64,000 nucleotides of DNA from positions 10,919 to 74,918 of the forward strand of contig JAGVZA010000001.1 in the NCBI GenBank assembly GCA_018302985.1, given 5' to 3'. The position numbers and the translations under genes are program-made. Origin of the DNA: Candidatus Woesearchaeota archaeon (GTDB lineage Archaea > Nanobdellota > Nanobdellia > SCGC-AAA011-G17 > UBA489). Shown here piece after piece: positions 62,101-64,000 of the stretch. Every line of letters starts with the position of its first letter. Positions within the stretch are counted from its first letter, which is position 1. The notes under the pieces were generated by a model. The model saw nothing but the letters and a program-made list of their open reading frames with translations. It had not been told where the DNA came from and did no database searches.

Positions 62101-64000
62101 CCATCGCATAACGTTTCAGAACCGACTTGGTAATTGACTCCATAGGTTGCTTGTGCATGATTTTGATATATCGTTGTCGTACATCCGCCCACTGGCCAGA
62201 TGTTACTAGTGGTACAAGTTTCAGTTGCTCCTTGACAAACACCTTGAGTTAATCCGCATGCTCTGATTTGTCCGGAGGTGCAGACAACAACACTCAATGA
62301 GTAAGGAGTATTTCTAATAGTTGTTCCAGAGGTTCCAGTAACTGAAACTTGCTGATTATTTACAAGAGTAGCAGTACTAGATGCAGTTAAAGTCATTGTA
62401 GTAGAGCAAGGAGTTCCAGCTGTCGGAGTGCAACTAGAGGGATTAAAAGAAGCAAGTACACCAGAAGGCAAATTTGAAGCGCTAAAAGTAACAGAACCAG
62501 AACCAGAAACTTGAGTAGCAGTTATTGTCGACTGTATGGAATTGGTCAGTCGAACTGTGCCACTAGTTGGATTTGCAGCCATAGTAAAATCGAAAGAAGT
62601 ACTAGTACCCATGGCAGTCTGAATTTCAGAAGCGCTTAAACCTCTGTTGTAAATTCTAACATCATCAATTTTTCCATCCATCCAATCCCAATCTGGTCCA
62701 GATGCAGGAGGCCATGACCCTATATGAAGAGCCCCACTATTAGCAGGAGCATTTGGAATACCAGCAACAGTTTGTTCCAAAACACCATTAACATAAAGTC
62801 TCAAAGTTCCTGCATTCCAAGTGCAAGCAATATGATAATAGGTGTTAACAGCTATTGTAGTTGTAGATGAAGCAAAATTACCCCCTCCAACTCGACAATT
62901 AAAACGATTTCCAGGAGTCACTTCAATTTCATAAGCATGATTAGGAACATTTCCTTTTGCTATAATTCCATGCCATTTTGAACTATCTCTTTTAATCCAA
63001 GCCATAATTGTCCCTTGAGTAGTCAAATCAAGCAAGTCGTCATCAGCAACAGTTAGCTCATCATTTGTTCCATCAAAATCATAAGCCCCATTTAACTGTC
63101 CACTAGCAGATAAATAACTAGGACATGCTCCAGAAGCACAAGTTCCAGGCAGATTGTATATCGAAGAATCTATTGCAGGATCAGAAACACCAACAGTATC
63201 ATCAAATTTCCAATGTCCTACCAAAGAAGGATCTCCTTCTTGACATGGAATATTACAACAAACTCCACTTCCTGAGTGTAGCAAAGAATTTCCCAGACAA
63301 TAATAACCATTAGCACAAATAAATCCATTTTGCGCAGCACAGGATGGTGGTGAAGGAACTACAACAGTTACAGTATTAGAATAACTAGAATTTCCTCCAG
63401 CGTTGAAAGCTCTTACTTTATAATAATAAGTCGTAGTATGAGTAACAGTATTATCTGTAAATGTAAAATCATTAGCAGAATTAGTTCCGATCTGTATAAA
63501 TCCTGAAGTAGGAAATAAACTTCTTTCAATATAAAATCCATCTTCATTAGTGCTTGCATCAGTCCAAAGTAAGTCAACTTGCGAAGAAGTTAAACTAGAA
63601 ACTTGCAAACCAGAAGGGGCAGTAGGAAGATCAAAAACATTAAAACCAAATCTATTGCTTAATTGATCGTCCAGGTTTCTCACTTGAAATTCATAAGCAC
63701 TAGCTCCTAGAGTGAGGTTGGTTTGAATTCGGCTAGAGCTCATTACAGTATAATATCCTGTCAAAGGTATACAAGTAGTATCGAAACAAAGTTCAAGTCT
63801 AGCCCCGGGATAATCAAAATTATACCCAGTTATAGTGAAAAGAGTATTTTGATTGCTGGCTGCAGTGCTTGGATTAACTCCAATTATAAAAGGACCAGTG
63901 CTTCCAGCCCCATACTCATAAGCTCCAGCATCTTGAACGCTTCCTCTTAAATTACCTCTTATGTCACGAAGAGAGTTAAAAGTAGGCAAAGAATTATCAG
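59160..64000 (-). CDS. giant Cys-rich surface protein (over 1,610 aa; N terminus outside window) with a C-terminal TM anchor
   Basis: Frame is open to base 64000. IPT/TIG-like repeats, an FN3 (LQVSSLTSSQVDLLWTD..YYYKVRAFN), a LamG-like module (GHWKFDD..IDDVRIYNRGLSASEI), CDGQDNNCNGQTDD-type motifs and the terminal TM segment IPLVFFVLALAFYF. Confidence 0.85.
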   Translation of the reverse strand, partial: DNSLPTFNSLRDIRGNLRGSVQDAGAYEYGAGSTGPFIIGVNPSTAASNQNTLFTITGYNFDYPGARLELCFDTTCIPLTGYYTVMSSSRIQTNLTLGASAYEFQVRNLDDQLSNRFGFNVFDLPTAPSGLQVSSLTSSQVDLLWTDASTNEDGFYIERSLFPTSGFIQIGTNSANDFTFTDNTVTHTTTYYYKVRAFNAGGNSSYSNTVTVVVPSPPSCAAQNGFICANGYYCLGNSLLHSGSGVCCNIPCQEGDPSLVGHWKFDDTVGVSDPAIDSSIYNLPGTCASGACPSYLSASGQLNGAYDFDGTNDELTVADDDLLDLTTQGTIMAWIKRDSSKWHGIIAKGNVPNHAYEIEVTPGNRFNCRVGGGNFASSTTTIAVNTYYHIACTWNAGTLRLYVNGVLEQTVAGIPNAPANSGALHIGSWPPASGPDWDWMDGKIDDVRIYNRGLSASEIQTAMGTSTSFDFTMAANPTSGTVRLTNSIQSTITATQVSGSGSVTFSASNLPSGVLASFNPSSCTPTAGTPCSTTMTLTASSTATLVNNQQVSVTGTSGTTIRNTPYSLSVVVCTSGQIRACGLTQGVCQGATETCTTSNIWPVGGCTTTIYQNHAQATYGVNYQVGSETLCDGQDNNCNGQTDDIQSQFAPLCLNQVGVCAGARQSCGGVSGWQACGTTQYQNNNNNYQTTEVNRCTNTLDDDCDGRADHAGPRTAATPPDGDQDCAVGVTAITASATICPGTSFTVTCTATVGNVPSIQAFLGAQPCIFQNWNSNIASFTCTSQATAGQQTARCTINPQYSYQSGTDPSRPVTVGGTNCCNQYNVNAACEGDTSCDWCLGCSGTQSSGGATRCVQAGSCTYACTQGQCGAACSANGGCTQTQTCASTTTCGCTEENPRLTTISPFSINLAILQPITLTGQYFAANAEVRVDGITVIPSRIISRTSTQIVFQYQIRDYGVGQHQVTVFNPTSGRTSMGASFTITALPRITSLNPPLLMNNQFTTLDIQGQEFDPIALVIAGQFYQGAWTSPTHQLIQAPNIPPGVPPGDYSLVVVNRDLVPSNSVLVSVRQPFTFALGVQPSTATVVPNTQLPVTLTLTGVPFSTSEQVTVSTTAPTGITAAFQLPQGNSCTPNPTCQLSLSLGIGNVLTGQSYIVDLQATSSSAQRLDTITLNVVQGQVIDCTNGIRDNYETDIDCGGPICAPAGYLCDYARSCALPTDCRINQGCGIGLCTATSLTNSALICQPDSDCDTIPDSRDRCLTTPASVVVSLRNGCPLPRVTSFSPSLTTDFTQVEDLEHVQDLSLGIVGVGRLQYPGREISVLRIVNNIHQALDLDTEITLQPNLIGLDSTLTSEFNYPATLIFSGLTSTTAPTPLRDGLVCSSLVCVSQTYANGDYTVTVPGFSEYSTQPGTCGDTYCNLDESCSLCSQDCGACPPGGSSSGGSGGGNNANQRVVVDLDTNIQQTVSVLRNSRISVIYQGQEYGVRVPHATAEAVILTVLGDSYSIPLGQRLGIDLSQDSTSDANIEYVALDGNVVTLTFSRLIRERIPTLQDSSKEVRGPLTPHYEETSRVQENQQPPRLFSTIWVRIPLVFFVLALAFYFRYVRLRRIY

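Noticed and set aside
60613-63950. Multiple 60-90-aa ORFs on both strands inside the giant surface-protein gene
   Set aside because: All are nested in a 4.8-kb uninterrupted frame with recognisable domain motifs. Their compositions are frame-shifted echoes of the Thr/Ser/Gly/Cys-rich coding sequence.
1-64000. CRISPR arrays, transposases, integrases, and inteins in RpoA', aEF-2 and other large core proteins
   Set aside because: I saw no regularly spaced direct repeats and no DDE or tyrosine/serine recombinase motifs. The core protein lengths are normal, without Cys/Ser...HN splicing blocks.

Overview
Low-GC archaeal chromosomal window. Evidence for archaeal origin: split RpoA'/A'', aEF-2 and aEF-1alpha, archaeal DnaG, Elp3, Pth2, Rpp21, and palindromic TTTATAAA TATA boxes 22-52 nt upstream of gene starts. 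A small-genome, DPANN-like origin is only an inference. The backbone is the core information-processing gene order. Block 1 runs rpoB(partial)-rpoA'-rpoA''-L30e-nusA-S12-S7-[insert]-aEF2-aEF1a-[insert]-S10-DHS. Block 2 runs L21e-rpoF-DUF655. Block 3 runs S13-S4-S11-rpoD-tRNA-Leu-L18e-[insert]-L13-S9-[4.3 kb island]-rpoN. Also present are pheST, trpS, dnaG, elp3, sppA, nth/ogg, pth2, a peroxiredoxin, a preQ0-type transporter and five TrmB-family regulators. Four RNA genes missing from the ORF track can be read from the DNA: tRNA-Ser(GGA), tRNA-Leu(GAG), an SRP (7S) RNA and an orphan 5S rRNA. Four regions stand out. (1) An AT-rich accessory island splits the rps9-rpoN junction; it carries a LAGLIDADG/3xHTH gene, a four-gene membrane/secreted operon that includes a superinfection-immunity-like protein, and a small wHTH gene with twin palindromic operators. 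A perfect 20-bp inverted repeat brackets the operon and wHTH gene, and each copy sits 7 nt upstream of an outward-facing TATA box. (2) A four-gene surface-protein cassette contains three paralogues that share a near-identical 5' handle but have unrelated Cys-rich heads. (3) Lineage-specific small ORFs are inserted at three further points of the conserved str/alpha operon order. (4) Smaller oddities include an HPF/RaiA-like protein next to pth2, a 35-aa Arg-rich pentapeptide-repeat protein, and a 400-nt structured non-coding region upstream of dnaG. I found no CRISPR array, reverse transcriptase, transposase or recognisable defence enzyme. All homology calls come from motif recognition by eye, not from database searches.
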